From: Synechococcus sp.
GTDB lineage: Bacteria > Cyanobacteriota > Cyanobacteriia > PCC-6307 > Cyanobiaceae
Length of the DNA: 64,000 nt
NCBI GenBank assembly: GCA_047285305.1
Contig: JBJBDL010000003.1
Span: 256,001-320,000 of the forward strand
Reading direction: 5' to 3'
The notes beneath the pieces are model-generated. The model was not told where the DNA came from. It was given only the letters and a program-made list of their open reading frames with translations, and ran no database searches. The first letter of the stretch is position 1. Each line of letters opens with the position of its first letter. Both the position numbers and the translations under genes were made by a program. This document shows, piece after piece, positions 29,701 through 41,026 of the stretch.

Positions 29701-30245
29701 GGATTAAGCTCCAGATAAGGTAACAACTGATCTCGCTCACTTAGGGCAGACACAGGCTTTGGCCAATCAATCGATAGTGTTGCATCATCCCAGCGGATAC
29801 CGCCCTCAGAGCCAGGAATCCAAGAACCTGAGTGCAAATACAACATTTCACTCGAAGCTTCCAAAACCTGAAAACCATGGGCACAGCCCTCAGGGATCAT
29901 CAAAGCGTTGCCCTGCTCAGCGCTCAGCTCCACTGCATGCCAACAGCCAAACGTTGATGAAGTCTCACGAAGATCCACCGCGACATCCCACACACGGCCA
30001 CGCAGAGCTCTTACCAACTTGGCCTCTGCATGGGGTGCTAACTGCAGATGCATTCCACGCACAGTACCTACTGCCTCAGTTCGGCTGACATTGACTTGGG
30101 AAACAGGGCGATCTCCCCAAGCCTCTTGAAACACCGGATCTTGAAGTCGAAATGCATTCAGAAAGGCACCACGATGATCTTCAAATGGTTGGGAATAAAG
30201 CTCAAATACTCCTGGAATAGAGGTACTTAAGAGTTCAGCTGCCAC
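29697..30245 (-). CDS. rfbC: NDP-4-keto-6-deoxyhexose 3,5-epimerase (RmlC family)
   Basis: DHRG.F, GTVRGMH.Q, DVAVDLR and IPEGCAHGFQ motifs. Confidence 0.85.
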   Translation of the reverse strand: MAAELLSTSIPGVFELYSQPFEDHRGAFLNAFRLQDPVFQEAWGDRPVSQVNVSRTEAVGTVRGMHLQLAPHAEAKLVRALRGRVWDVAVDLRETSSTFGCWHAVELSAEQGNALMIPEGCAHGFQVLEASSEMLYLHSGSWIPGSEGGIRWDDATLSIDWPKPVSALSERDQLLPYLELNP

Positions 30246-31323
30246 AACCCATTACCTCCTGATAAGCCTTGAGATCGTCAAGACAACAATCAATTGGATT
30301 ACACCCCTCAGCCACACGTCGGTACCAATTCACACTGCGCTCAACCGTTGTGTGAAATTTCCAACAAGGTCGCCACCCCAATTGATGGTAAGCAGAATCA
30401 ATCTGTAGATGCAAACGCCCAGCCTCATGGGGAGCAGCTGGATCAGAGCAATCAACCCATTCGCCATGCCAGTGCTCAAATACAGCATCAAGTAACTGTC
30501 GCACGCTTCGATTGGCCTCAAGCAGCGGTCCAAAATTAAAGGCCTTGGAATAAGCAGTTGGGTTATCGCTCAACCTCTGGGCCAACAACAAATAGCCACC
30601 GAGCGGCTCCAAAACATGTTGCCAAGGTCTTGTGGCCTCAGGTGATCTCACAATAACGGGCTTACCATTGGCGACAGCTCGCATCGCATCGGGCAGCAAA
30701 CGATCCTCAGCCCAGTCACCGCCGCCAATTACATTACCGGCACGAGCAGTGGCTATTGCCAGTTGGCTCGTCTGATGCGCAGCTGAGCCACAAAAACTAG
30801 CCCGCCAACTAGCAATAGCCAATTCAGCAGCAGCCTTACTTGCGCTGTAAGGATCAAGACCACCCAGCCGATCCGTTTCCCTATAACCGTGATCCCATTC
30901 ATGATTGTCGTACACCTTGTCGGTAGTTACCATGACGACCACACAAGGATGATTCAACCCCATTAGGGCTTCCAGAAGATGAAGACTACCCTGCACGTTG
31001 GTGGCCCAAGTGCCCAAAGGGTCGCGGTAGCTTTTACGAACCAACGGCTGCGCCGCCAAGTGGAATACAACCTGAGGCTGTGACTCTGCCACTACAGATT
31101 TTAATGCACGGCGATCACTCAAATCACCCAGGCGGTGATAGAAACCAGAGATATCTTCTAGTTCAAGATCATTAAAAAGCGAGCCATTGACCTCAGGCGG
31201 CAGGGCATAGCCCCAAACCTGTGCTCCAAGCTGCATTAGCCACAGCGATAACCAGCTGCCTTTAAAACCCGTATGACCAGTGAGCAGGACCCGCCGTTCA
31301 GCCCAAAATGAGGAATTAAGCAT
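30235..31323 (-). CDS. rfbG: CDP-glucose 4,6-dehydratase
   Basis: LTGHTGFKGSW, HLAAQPLV, TTDKVY, YSASK, RAGNVIGGGDW and RPWQHVLEPL motifs. Confidence 0.95.
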   Translation of the reverse strand: MLNSSFWAERRVLLTGHTGFKGSWLSLWLMQLGAQVWGYALPPEVNGSLFNDLELEDISGFYHRLGDLSDRRALKSVVAESQPQVVFHLAAQPLVRKSYRDPLGTWATNVQGSLHLLEALMGLNHPCVVVMVTTDKVYDNHEWDHGYRETDRLGGLDPYSASKAAAELAIASWRASFCGSAAHQTSQLAIATARAGNVIGGGDWAEDRLLPDAMRAVANGKPVIVRSPEATRPWQHVLEPLGGYLLLAQRLSDNPTAYSKAFNFGPLLEANRSVRQLLDAVFEHWHGEWVDCSDPAAPHEAGRLHLQIDSAYHQLGWRPCWKFHTTVERSVNWYRRVAEGCNPIDCCLDDLKAYQEVMGCGS

Positions 31324-32093
31324 CACCATAACTTCCAGGGAGCCTTGCCATTCGCCCACAAGTCCTCAAGTCGATTTCGGTCACGAAGAGTGTCCATAGG
31401 CTGCCAAAAGCCCTGGTGACGGTAAGCGGTGAGTTGATCATCTGCTGCGACATAAGGCAAAACGTCCGATTCCCAGCTGGTTGAATCTCCACTGATCCGG
31501 TCAATTACGCTGGGTTCCAGCACAAAGAAGCCTCCATTAATCCAAGCGTTATCGCCATCTGGCTTCTCCTGAAACTGTTTAACCGAATTTCCATCCAATT
31601 GCAAAGCACCATACTTCCCTGGTGGCTGAACAGCCGTAAGTGTGACCTGTCGACCTTGTTCCTTGTGATGAGAAATCAAGGCTTTAATATCCACGTCAGC
31701 AACCCCATCACCATAGGTAAAACAAAAACTACTGCTACCAAGATAATCTCGGACACGTCTCAATCGACCACCTGTCTGACTTAACTCACCAGTATCGACC
31801 AAGGTAATTTTCCAGGGCTCACTTTTTCGATGGTGAACCTCCATGCGATTGTCGTTATCCATATGAAATGTGACGTCACTCGTATGAAGAAAATAATTAG
31901 CAAAATATTCTTTAATTAAATATCCTTTGTATCCACAGCAGATGATGAATTCATTAACATTATAATAGCTAAAGACCTTTAAAATGTGCCACAGAATAGG
32001 CTTTCCACCTACCTCAACCATAGGCTTTGGCTTTAGATGAGTTTCTTCACTCAGCCTTGTACCCAATCCTCCAGCCAAGATAACGGCTTTCAT
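31323..32093 (-). CDS. rfbF: Glucose-1-phosphate cytidylyltransferase
   Basis: MKAVILAGGLGTRLSEET..KPKPM, TGGRL, TYGDG and GFWQPMDTLRD motifs. Confidence 0.96.
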   Translation of the reverse strand: MKAVILAGGLGTRLSEETHLKPKPMVEVGGKPILWHILKVFSYYNVNEFIICCGYKGYLIKEYFANYFLHTSDVTFHMDNDNRMEVHHRKSEPWKITLVDTGELSQTGGRLRRVRDYLGSSSFCFTYGDGVADVDIKALISHHKEQGRQVTLTAVQPPGKYGALQLDGNSVKQFQEKPDGDNAWINGGFFVLEPSVIDRISGDSTSWESDVLPYVAADDQLTAYRHQGFWQPMDTLRDRNRLEDLWANGKAPWKLW

Positions 32094-32732
32094 GTGGCAT
32101 GTAAAAACTTCGGAATAATAGCCCATCCTATTGAACTTGCAATCTTTTATAGATTGAAAAAGAGAAATAACTAATCCAAGTCAATAAATATTTCACTTTT
32201 AGCTGACAAAATACCGCCTTAACCAAGCCATTAAGCACGATACTGCAAATGAATACAAACCAAAGGATTTATAGACTTTTTTCTGGCTAATAGGCAACAA
32301 GATAGCGGTAACTTTTCGCTTCATAACATTTATCTGATCGATTATTTATGTATTTGCAAAAGAAATCCTGCTTCGAATTAGCAAAAGCAAAGACAAATTC
32401 ACATGAATTATCACTCGGAAACCAATATATCGTGCTAACTATTCTCTAGTGTCTTCATGGTTCCACGATACCAGAGACTATGCAAAAGAAACAAAATACG
32501 GCCTCCTCTCTCGCTGTGCAGCGACTCTCGAAATATAAGGATTTACCAAGCCAAATATCAAAGATTTAATAATTTAACCTACGAAGAAGTACTTCGAGGC
32601 AGAAAGAATTGCATGCCAAGTAGATATACATCATCAGAAATTTAATAGCAATTAATCCGCATTAAAGCAGTACAAGAACAACGGCGGGACTAATTAGGCT
32701 ATTGGCATATCTGTCTGCTCGTAGCAAGCAAT

Positions 32733-34265
<1,533 letters not shown>

Positions 34266-34277
34266 TCAAAGGCCCGT

Positions 34278-34892
34278 TCAGCTGGCTTGCAAACCATTGA
34301 GGACCGCAGCCACCACCCGGTGATCGCTGTCCTGTTGCAGAGATTGCAACAAGCCTCTTGCCTGAACCGCGATGGGATCGGCTCCCCCCTCTTGCACGAT
34401 CCGACTGAGAATTTCAGCCCCACTCACCCGCACAATGCCATCCGCATCGGCGATAGCCATGGTTGCCAACTCCAGCAACAAAACCAGATCGATGGCGGAC
34501 TGTTCCGCCAGGGCAGACAGAATGCTGCAGCGCACCAACCAGGCAGTATCGGCCTCAAAGGCCGAACGCAGCAAGGGCCAAGCCCGCTCCACCCCGTAGC
34601 TGGCCAAAGCGTTGGCTGCCTCAGCCCGAACATTGGGGTCTTCATCGGCAGTGATTAACGCACTCAGAACGTTCCAGCCCTGTTCAGTGCGCTTGTAACC
34701 CAATCCACTGCAGCTCAAGGAACGCACCAGGAAGGGCTTTTGCTCAGTGCCCAGCACAAGCAATGGCACTGCCTCAGCGTCCGAGCAATGGCGGAGCTGT
34801 GTGATCGCCGGCATCGCCCGTACCGGATCCCCACTGGCAATGGCCTGACGCACCGCCTCGAGATCAGGACGTTGCGGGTCTGTCTCGCTCAT
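34278..34892 (-). CDS. HEAT / PBS-lyase repeat protein
   Basis: Repeated D.D..VR..A units (DEDPNVRAEAANAL, DADGIVR, DSDHRV); start placed at ATG 34892. Confidence 0.8.
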   Translation of the reverse strand: MSETDPQRPDLEAVRQAIASGDPVRAMPAITQLRHCSDAEAVPLLVLGTEQKPFLVRSLSCSGLGYKRTEQGWNVLSALITADEDPNVRAEAANALASYGVERAWPLLRSAFEADTAWLVRCSILSALAEQSAIDLVLLLELATMAIADADGIVRVSGAEILSRIVQEGGADPIAVQARGLLQSLQQDSDHRVVAAVLNGLQAS

Positions 34893-35116
34893 GGGTTGCT
34901 GCCGGGGGTGCGCGCCCGTTGAAGGTCCGCCAACAGCCTGGCGCGGCGGCGCTGCCGACCGAGAGCACTGCTGATGGTGAGACCCGAACCCACCAACACC
35001 GCGGGCAGCACCTGCACCCGATCTTTGCCTTGGCGCTGTTTTGTGGCCAACAACGCAAGCAGGATGAGCAATGGAGCCCCGAGGGAAACCCAAATCACCG
35101 CACGACGTTGGTTCAT
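34889..35116 (-). CDS. Small membrane protein (DUF3188-like)
   Basis: Two hydrophobic segments; 4-bp overlaps with both neighbours. Confidence 0.7.
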   Translation of the reverse strand: MNQRRAVIWVSLGAPLLILLALLATKQRQGKDRVQVLPAVLVGSGLTISSALGRQRRRARLLADLQRARTPGSNP

Positions 35117-36294
35117 CCCGACGCGTTCTCCTTGATCCACGCCAGCACGGTGGCCGTGAGAACCGTAATGCCAACACCAAGGGCGTCTTCCTCCAGCGCA
35201 AAAGCTCCGTTATGCAGCGGCGCACACCCTTCTGGCCCAGCCACCCCCAACCGCACCATCATTCCCGGTACATCCCGAAGCAGCTCAGCAAAGTCTTCAG
35301 CCCCCAAGGAGGGTTGCTCTACGGGGAGCACCTTGTCGCGGCCCAGACAATCCACCGCACAACGCTCTAGCAAGGTCGTGAGCTGCGGGTCATTGTGCAC
35401 CGGTGGTGCAATGCAGCGGTAGTTGACCACAGCTGTGCCACCGCCGCTGGCACAGATTCCCTGCACCATCTCATCGATCCAGTCAGGCAGCTGGGCATGC
35501 TGCTGCAGATCCAGACAGCGCACCGTGCCCAGCAAACGCACCTGATCGGCAATCACGTTGAAGGCGCGACCACCCTCCACCTTGCCGAAACTGATCACCA
35601 CTGGCTGCAGAGCGTCCAAGCGGCGGGCAATGGTCTGCTGAAGCTCTGTGATCACCCGAGCCGCCAGCCAAACAGCATCCACGGACTGATGAGGACGAGC
35701 ACCATGGCCGCCCTCTCCCTGCACCAGGATTTCCAGCTCGCCGGCCGCCGCCGTGAGACAGCCCCGACGGATCCCCACAGTGCCCACCGGCAGATTCGGC
35801 ACCACATGCAAGCCATACAACGCATTGAGGCCCTCCACCGCCCCCGCATCCCGCATCCACACTGCCCCCTGGGCCAGTTCTTCAGCGGGTTGAAACAGCA
35901 AGCGCACCCGGGCCGCTAAAGCTGGCTCTTGCGCCAGCAACCGCGCCACCCCCAGGCCCGTGCAGGTGTGCAAGTCGTGACCACAGGCATGCATCAGACC
36001 CTGGCGCGTGGAGGCATAGCTCAGCCCAGTGCGCTCCTCCACTGGTAAGGCGTCCATGTCTACCCGCAAGCCAACCGTAGGAGCATGATCAGGCCCCAAT
36101 TCGGCCACCACGCCCGTGCGGCCAACTCCCTCATGGACCCGCCAACCCAGCTGACGTAGTTCACCGGCGACTAGGGCGGCGGTCTGGTGTTCCTCACCGC
36201 TGAGTTCAGGGTGGGCATGCAGATGCCGGCGCAGCTCCAGCAGCTCAGGCAGCTCACGGCTGAGTCGATCGGAAAAGGACGCCGCTTGGGTCAT
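35113..36294 (-). CDS. M20 family amidohydrolase
   Basis: RRHLHAHPELSGEE, RVDMDALP, MHACGHD, FQPAEE and GAEDF motifs. Confidence 0.93.
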   Translation of the reverse strand: MTQAASFSDRLSRELPELLELRRHLHAHPELSGEEHQTAALVAGELRQLGWRVHEGVGRTGVVAELGPDHAPTVGLRVDMDALPVEERTGLSYASTRQGLMHACGHDLHTCTGLGVARLLAQEPALAARVRLLFQPAEELAQGAVWMRDAGAVEGLNALYGLHVVPNLPVGTVGIRRGCLTAAAGELEILVQGEGGHGARPHQSVDAVWLAARVITELQQTIARRLDALQPVVISFGKVEGGRAFNVIADQVRLLGTVRCLDLQQHAQLPDWIDEMVQGICASGGGTAVVNYRCIAPPVHNDPQLTTLLERCAVDCLGRDKVLPVEQPSLGAEDFAELLRDVPGMMVRLGVAGPEGCAPLHNGAFALEEDALGVGITVLTATVLAWIKENASG

Positions 36295-36295
36295 C

Positions 36296-37060
36296 TCAGG
36301 ACGCCTCCAAGGCCAGGAATGCCATCAGATCCGCCGTCGGCTGCGGTGGCCAGCGGCGAACCTGCTGCAGCCAGTCGGCCTGGCGGTAACGCTGATCCAG
36401 CCCAGCCGCCGCGGCCCAGTGGCTTTCGGCTTCACCACTGGATCCTTCGCGCCAGAGCAGGCCGCTGAGGGCCGCCCGGGCGTCAGCGAACAAGGGATAG
36501 CGACGGATTAGTTTGCGCAATTCAGCCTCCGCCCAATCGAGGTCTCCCGCTTGCCAGGCCGCCAGGGCCTCGCTGGAGCGGGCCATGGCGAAGCCTGGAC
36601 GGGCGAGGGCAGCCTGCCCATAAAGCTCTCGCGCCTCAGGCCAGTCCCCTTGCGAGCCGCGCACATTGGCCAAGTTGTAGAGGGCAGAGGCATCCTGCGG
36701 ATCGCGCTCCAGAATCCAGAGATAGTCGTTCGCTGCTGCGGACCAGTCCTGAAGCGCCTCTTCTGCCGTGCCTCGGTTCAGATGAGGGTCGCTTACCTCC
36801 GGCGCCAGCACAATCGAGGCGCTCTGGTCTTCGATGGCTCCCGACGCATCTCCCAGGGCCAGACGCACATTGCCGCGGTTGCTCAGCGCTGCTGCATCCT
36901 CTGGGGCCTGCTCCAAAAAGCGGTCCCACAGGGGCAGCGCCTCCACAAAATCCCCCTGACGGCTTGCAGTCAGCGCCTGCTCATAGAGCCCCTGCATGTC
37001 GAGGGCCTGCACCGGCAGGGCCAGCGCGAGACTCAACAACAGGACGAGGAACCGGTTCAT
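36296..37060 (-). CDS. Exported TPR-repeat protein
   Basis: Signal-peptide-like N-terminus and TPR units ([23 protein letters not shown]). Confidence 0.85.
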   Translation of the reverse strand: MNRFLVLLLSLALALPVQALDMQGLYEQALTASRQGDFVEALPLWDRFLEQAPEDAAALSNRGNVRLALGDASGAIEDQSASIVLAPEVSDPHLNRGTAEEALQDWSAAANDYLWILERDPQDASALYNLANVRGSQGDWPEARELYGQAALARPGFAMARSSEALAAWQAGDLDWAEAELRKLIRRYPLFADARAALSGLLWREGSSGEAESHWAAAAGLDQRYRQADWLQQVRRWPPQPTADLMAFLALEAS

Positions 37061-38103
37061 GCCGCCTCGGCCAGATGACTGCGGGCCGCATCCGTAACCA
37101 TTCGGCCGCGGGGGGTACGCATCAGCAAACCCTGCTGCAGCAAAAACGGCTCCACCACGGTCTCCAGGGTTACGGGGTCATCGCCAAGGGCCGCCGCCAG
37201 AGTCTCCAACCCCACTGGGCCGCCACCGTGGTGGTCGATCAGCAGCTGCAGCAAACGCCGATCGCTGGCATCGAGGCCCCGATGATCAACGCGGTGCAGG
37301 TTCAGGGCCTCTCCAACAAGGGCCTGATCAATGGCTCCAGCTCTATCGCCGCGAACGCTGGCCACATCCCGCACCCGGCGCAGCAAGCGGTTGGCAATCC
37401 GGGGTGTCCCGCGGCAGGAGGCAGCAATGCTGCTGCGGGCCTCCGGCGTAAGGGTGACCCCGATCAGCCCGGCGGTGCGCTCGACAATCGCTTCAAGATC
37501 GTCCTGGCCGTAAAACTCCAACCGCTGGATCAGGCCGAACCGGTCCCGCAGCGGGGAGCTCAGCGATCCGGCGCGGGTAGTGGCCCCCACGAGGGTGAAC
37601 GGCGGCAGGTCGAGGGAACGGGTTCGTGCTGTGCTGCCCTTGCCCACGGTGAGATCAAGGCGACGGTCCTCCATCGCCGGATAGAGCAGCTCCTCCGCCA
37701 CCCGACTAAGGCGATGAATCTCGTCAATGAACAAAAGATCACCGGGCTGCAGGTTGACCAACAACCCAACGATGTCGCGGGGGCGTTCCAAGGCCGGTGC
37801 ACTGGTGACCTTGCACTGCACTCCCATTTCTTCGGCCAACACCATGGCCATGGTGGTTTTGCCTAAACCCGGCGGGCCATAGAGCAGCACATGATCCAGG
37901 GCATCCCCACGACCCAGGGCCGCTTTCACCGCAATGCCCAGCACCTGCTTGAGCTCGCTCTGGCCGATGTAGTCGTCCAGGCGTTGGGGCCGAAGTTTGT
38001 CTTCCGGCCGACTCACCACCTCTTCAGGTGCCGGCTGGGGGTCCACCAGCGCTTCAGGGCGGCGTGGTGGCTTGCGACCGGAGCTGGAAGAGACAATCGC
38101 CAT
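37057..38103 (-). CDS. ruvB: Holliday junction branch migration helicase
   Basis: [29 protein letters not shown] and [15 protein letters not shown] motifs; start placed at ATG 38103. Confidence 0.98.
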   Translation of the reverse strand: MAIVSSSSGRKPPRRPEALVDPQPAPEEVVSRPEDKLRPQRLDDYIGQSELKQVLGIAVKAALGRGDALDHVLLYGPPGLGKTTMAMVLAEEMGVQCKVTSAPALERPRDIVGLLVNLQPGDLLFIDEIHRLSRVAEELLYPAMEDRRLDLTVGKGSTARTRSLDLPPFTLVGATTRAGSLSSPLRDRFGLIQRLEFYGQDDLEAIVERTAGLIGVTLTPEARSSIAASCRGTPRIANRLLRRVRDVASVRGDRAGAIDQALVGEALNLHRVDHRGLDASDRRLLQLLIDHHGGGPVGLETLAAALGDDPVTLETVVEPFLLQQGLLMRTPRGRMVTDAARSHLAEAA

Positions 38104-38153
38104 GCGGGCAGGGTACCCAGACCTGGATAGGGTCGGAAGACGCAGCCACAGCC

Positions 38154-38654
38154 ATGGCCAAGGGAGGAGCGAAAAAAGCAGCTGCAGCTGCAGCACGGGC
38201 CGCCGCCAACCGGATGCTGGCGGACAACCGTCAGGCCCGGCACCAGTACGAAATCCTCGAAACCCTGGAAACCGGCATCGAGCTTGTGGGTACAGAGGTG
38301 AAGTCGATCCGAAACGGCAAAGCCAACCTGCGCGATGGCTTCTGCCTGATACGCAATGGGGAGTTGCAGCTGCACAACGTGCACATCTCACCCCACACCC
38401 ACGCGGGCAGCTACTTCAACCACGACCCACTGCGCACCCGCAAGCTGCTGGCCCATCGCCGTGAGATCGACAAGCTGCGCGGTTTGGTGGATCAGAAAGG
38501 CCTGACGCTGATCCCCCTCAACATTCATCTCAAAGGTTCCTGGATCAAGCTCACCATCGGGCTGGGCAAGGGTCGCAAATTGCACGACAAGCGCGCCGCC
38601 GAAAAGGAAAAGCAATCGAAAAAAGATGTAAAAGCGGCGATGGAGCGCTACTGA
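38154..38654 (+). CDS. smpB: SsrA-binding protein
   Basis: [26 protein letters not shown] and [10 protein letters not shown] motifs. Confidence 0.97.
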   Translation: MAKGGAKKAAAAAARAAANRMLADNRQARHQYEILETLETGIELVGTEVKSIRNGKANLRDGFCLIRNGELQLHNVHISPHTHAGSYFNHDPLRTRKLLAHRREIDKLRGLVDQKGLTLIPLNIHLKGSWIKLTIGLGKGRKLHDKRAAEKEKQSKKDVKAAMERY

Positions 38655-39565
38655 CCAAGGGGCTCTGCCCGACAGGACAGGGTGAACAAAGCCGAGGAGA
38701 CCCCTTGGTTGATGACCAAGACCTGGAGCGGCGAGCCCGCTTCCGGCGCAATCCGAGCCACCCGCAGGGGGCCACGCTCCTCCTCCACCTGCCCATTGCC
38801 CCCAAAAACCATCATCTGCATCAGCGGTGTGCCGTTGATGCCCACGTCCACGGCATCACCTGCCGGCGCCTCCACCAGCACCAAACGCGCACCACCGGCA
38901 GAGATACTGAACAAAGTGTTGGTGGGTTGAAGCGGGCGTGCTTTGAGCCGCACGATCTCGACGTCATCAATGCTCTGAATCGCCGCTGCAATCCAAAGTT
39001 GAAGAAAAGGGTCAGCGGGTTTGCGGTCCCGCATGGTCACCGGCAGCAGATCCTGGGCGCCAGCGCTCACCAGATGCTCCACGACCCGCGGATGAACGCC
39101 CTGTTTCAACAGCGCCTGACGAGGCTGCTGCCAGTCCCCTGCCCTTAGACGCCCCAACTGGGCTCGAACCGCCGGCGGCAGCAAGGCAATCCGAGCCAGC
39201 CATTGCTCAGCCAGCTTGTTCCAGACTCTGCGTAACGGGGCATCATTCTGTGACTCCGTGCTGAGCTGGCTGGCATCCACAAGTTCGACAAACCAACCGC
39301 GATCCACTTGAAGCGCCCGCAGCCGACTGAGCAATTGCTGGTGTTGATCCAGCTCCGCCGAAGGCAAGCTGACGGCAGGCTGCTGAACCGCACGATCAGG
39401 CGCAGTGTCGACGGGTGAACTGCGGGGTAGCAGGAACCATCCAATCGCGGAACCCACCAGCGCCAAAAGCCCCAGAGCGATCACCACGGGCCAGAGACGA
39501 CCCTCCGCTCCCTGCACGCGAGCTTCCGCACGGCTTGTTCGCAGCGACGTTGTGGGCTCAGGCAC
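38648..39565 (-). CDS. Membrane-anchored hypothetical protein, possibly the C-terminal part of a truncated Ser/Thr kinase
   Basis: One TM segment near the N-terminus and no kinase motifs; abuts the egtD remnant. The kinase origin is inferred from recalled synteny. Confidence 0.5.
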   Translation of the reverse strand: MPEPTTSLRTSRAEARVQGAEGRLWPVVIALGLLALVGSAIGWFLLPRSSPVDTAPDRAVQQPAVSLPSAELDQHQQLLSRLRALQVDRGWFVELVDASQLSTESQNDAPLRRVWNKLAEQWLARIALLPPAVRAQLGRLRAGDWQQPRQALLKQGVHPRVVEHLVSAGAQDLLPVTMRDRKPADPFLQLWIAAAIQSIDDVEIVRLKARPLQPTNTLFSISAGGARLVLVEAPAGDAVDVGINGTPLMQMMVFGGNGQVEEERGPLRVARIAPEAGSPLQVLVINQGVSSALFTLSCRAEPLGQ

Positions 39566-39639
39566 GAGCGCAAATAATTGGAGCGCTGATGGTACCGATG
39601 GTTTGCTGCACCCCCTAGGGTCCGCGAAGGGATAGATCG

Positions 39640-39979
39640 GGGCCGTGCCGCTGCTACTGGGGCTGGATCAACCCCGCGAGCAGGCCCTGATGGAGGCCGC
39701 CTACGACGATGCCGCCAGCCTTGCCGCTACCGGGCCCACTGGCAGGCAACGCAACAGCGCATCGAAATGGCGCTGGTGAGCACGCAGGACCAGACCGTGC
39801 ACCTGAGCCGTGAGGCCTGGTTTTTTCGCCAGGGCGACGCCTGGATCACCGAGCACAGCTTCAAATACTCCCCGAACGCCGCGGCCGCCCTCGCGGCCCA
39901 GGCCGGCTGGCGGATCCAACGCCGCCGGACCGATCCACACCAGCAGATCGCTCTGCATCTGCTTTTGCCGGCAAACTGA
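39640..39979 (+). pseudogene. egtD: Remnant of histidine N-alpha-trimethyltransferase (ergothioneine pathway)
   Basis: AVPLLLGLDQPREQALMEAAYDDAA, then a frame change to RYRAHWQATQQRIEMALVS...GDAWITEHSFKY; matches the EgtD C-terminal half with an internal deletion and no N-terminus. Confidence 0.8.
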
Positions 39980-40024
39980 CCCCACAGACTTATCCCACAG
40001 ACAAAGCCCAGGAGCTCAGGCGGC

Positions 40025-40258
40025 ATGAAATCAGACGAACGGCGTCAGGCCATCAAACGGCAGCGTGAGCAGCTCATCCAAGACCTGGAGGCTGTCTACA
40101 TGGCGGCCTTCGATCGCCTGGGAGAACTGGAAGGTGAAGTGGGAGAAGTGAAAGCAGCGCAACTCACCCAGATGATCCTCAACTCCAAAACAGCCGCAAT
40201 CGAGCCCCTGGAAAAGGAAATCGAAAAACCGGTGATTACCACCCCAGGCGAGGCATGA
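40025..40258 (+). CDS. Hercynine metabolism small protein-like
   Basis: 77-aa helical protein directly after the egtD remnant, matching the small cyanobacterial egtBD-associated family as recalled. Confidence 0.65.
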   Translation: MKSDERRQAIKRQREQLIQDLEAVYMAAFDRLGELEGEVGEVKAAQLTQMILNSKTAAIEPLEKEIEKPVITTPGEA

Positions 40259-40734
40259 GCAGCTGGCTGGAGCAGTTGGAACGGGAGCTGGACGCACGGC
40301 TCTCCGCCTTTCTGCGCAACAACCCCATCCAAGAGCACCTGTTCAGCGAACAGCACCTGAAGGATCGGGCAGCGGCGCTGCAACGGCAACGCCAGCACTT
40401 GCAGGGCGAAGCGAAGCAGCAACGCCAGCAGCTACTGAGGCTGGCCGAGGACGTACGGGCTTGGCGCAGCCGAGTGGAGCATGCCAGGGCAGCCGGCGCA
40501 GCCGATCTAGCCGGGCGTGCCGAACAGCATCACTCCACCCTAATGAACCAGGGCCGTACCCTCTGGGCCGACCTGGAGGACCTAGGACGCCGCTTCAACG
40601 AGGTGGAGCGACAGCTGCAGGAGCTTCAGAAGCAAAAGCAAACGCCTAGCCCCTCAACACTGGAGAAGGACTGGGCGTTGTTTGAAGCTGAGCAAGAGCT
40701 TGAACAGCTGCGCCGCGACGCTGGACTGAGTTGA
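40255..40734 (+). CDS. Hercynine metabolism protein-like coiled-coil protein
   Basis: WLEQLERELDARLSAFLRNNP start, coiled coil, ATGA coupling to the upstream gene. Confidence 0.65.
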   Translation: MSSWLEQLERELDARLSAFLRNNPIQEHLFSEQHLKDRAAALQRQRQHLQGEAKQQRQQLLRLAEDVRAWRSRVEHARAAGAADLAGRAEQHHSTLMNQGRTLWADLEDLGRRFNEVERQLQELQKQKQTPSPSTLEKDWALFEAEQELEQLRRDAGLS

Positions 40735-40735
40735 A

Positions 40736-40999
40736 TCAGGCCTTGGGCGCGGGGGGCTCCAGGCTGACACCCTCGGGCGGAGGGGTGGGATCCGGGTCGG
40801 CGATCAGCATGTGCTGGAGCACGATTTCCGGGCGCTCACTGTCGCGCCAGCGGATTCGGTAAGCGGGCATTTTGGTGCCACGGCTGGTGGTCTGCTCCAC
40901 CGGCTCCATCACCCATCCCCGGCGGGAACGGCCCTGAGGATTCCGCTTGACCACGGCATCAGCGTGCTTGAAGCGAAACCCGACGCGTTCTCCACTCAT
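40736..40999 (-). CDS. Conserved hypothetical protein
   Basis: MSGERVGFRFKHADAVVKRNPQGRSRRGW...; core codon use; follows lysS. Confidence 0.75.
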   Translation of the reverse strand: MSGERVGFRFKHADAVVKRNPQGRSRRGWVMEPVEQTTSRGTKMPAYRIRWRDSERPEIVLQHMLIADPDPTPPPEGVSLEPPAPKA

Positions 41000-41026
41000 G
41001 GGGATAGGACCATGCCACTCCAACCA

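Larger units (their letters stand above)
10695..32732. other. AT-rich surface-glycan biosynthesis island 1 (tkt-thiC interval)
   Basis: Sharp GC drop relative to the flanks; about 20 nucleotide-sugar and sugar-tailoring genes; no integrase or transposase seen. Confidence 0.88.

Noticed and set aside
32094..32732. 640-bp AT-rich gap and 62-aa ORF 32457..32645
   Set aside because: No motif or convincing structure; most simply the rfbF promoter region and island edge.
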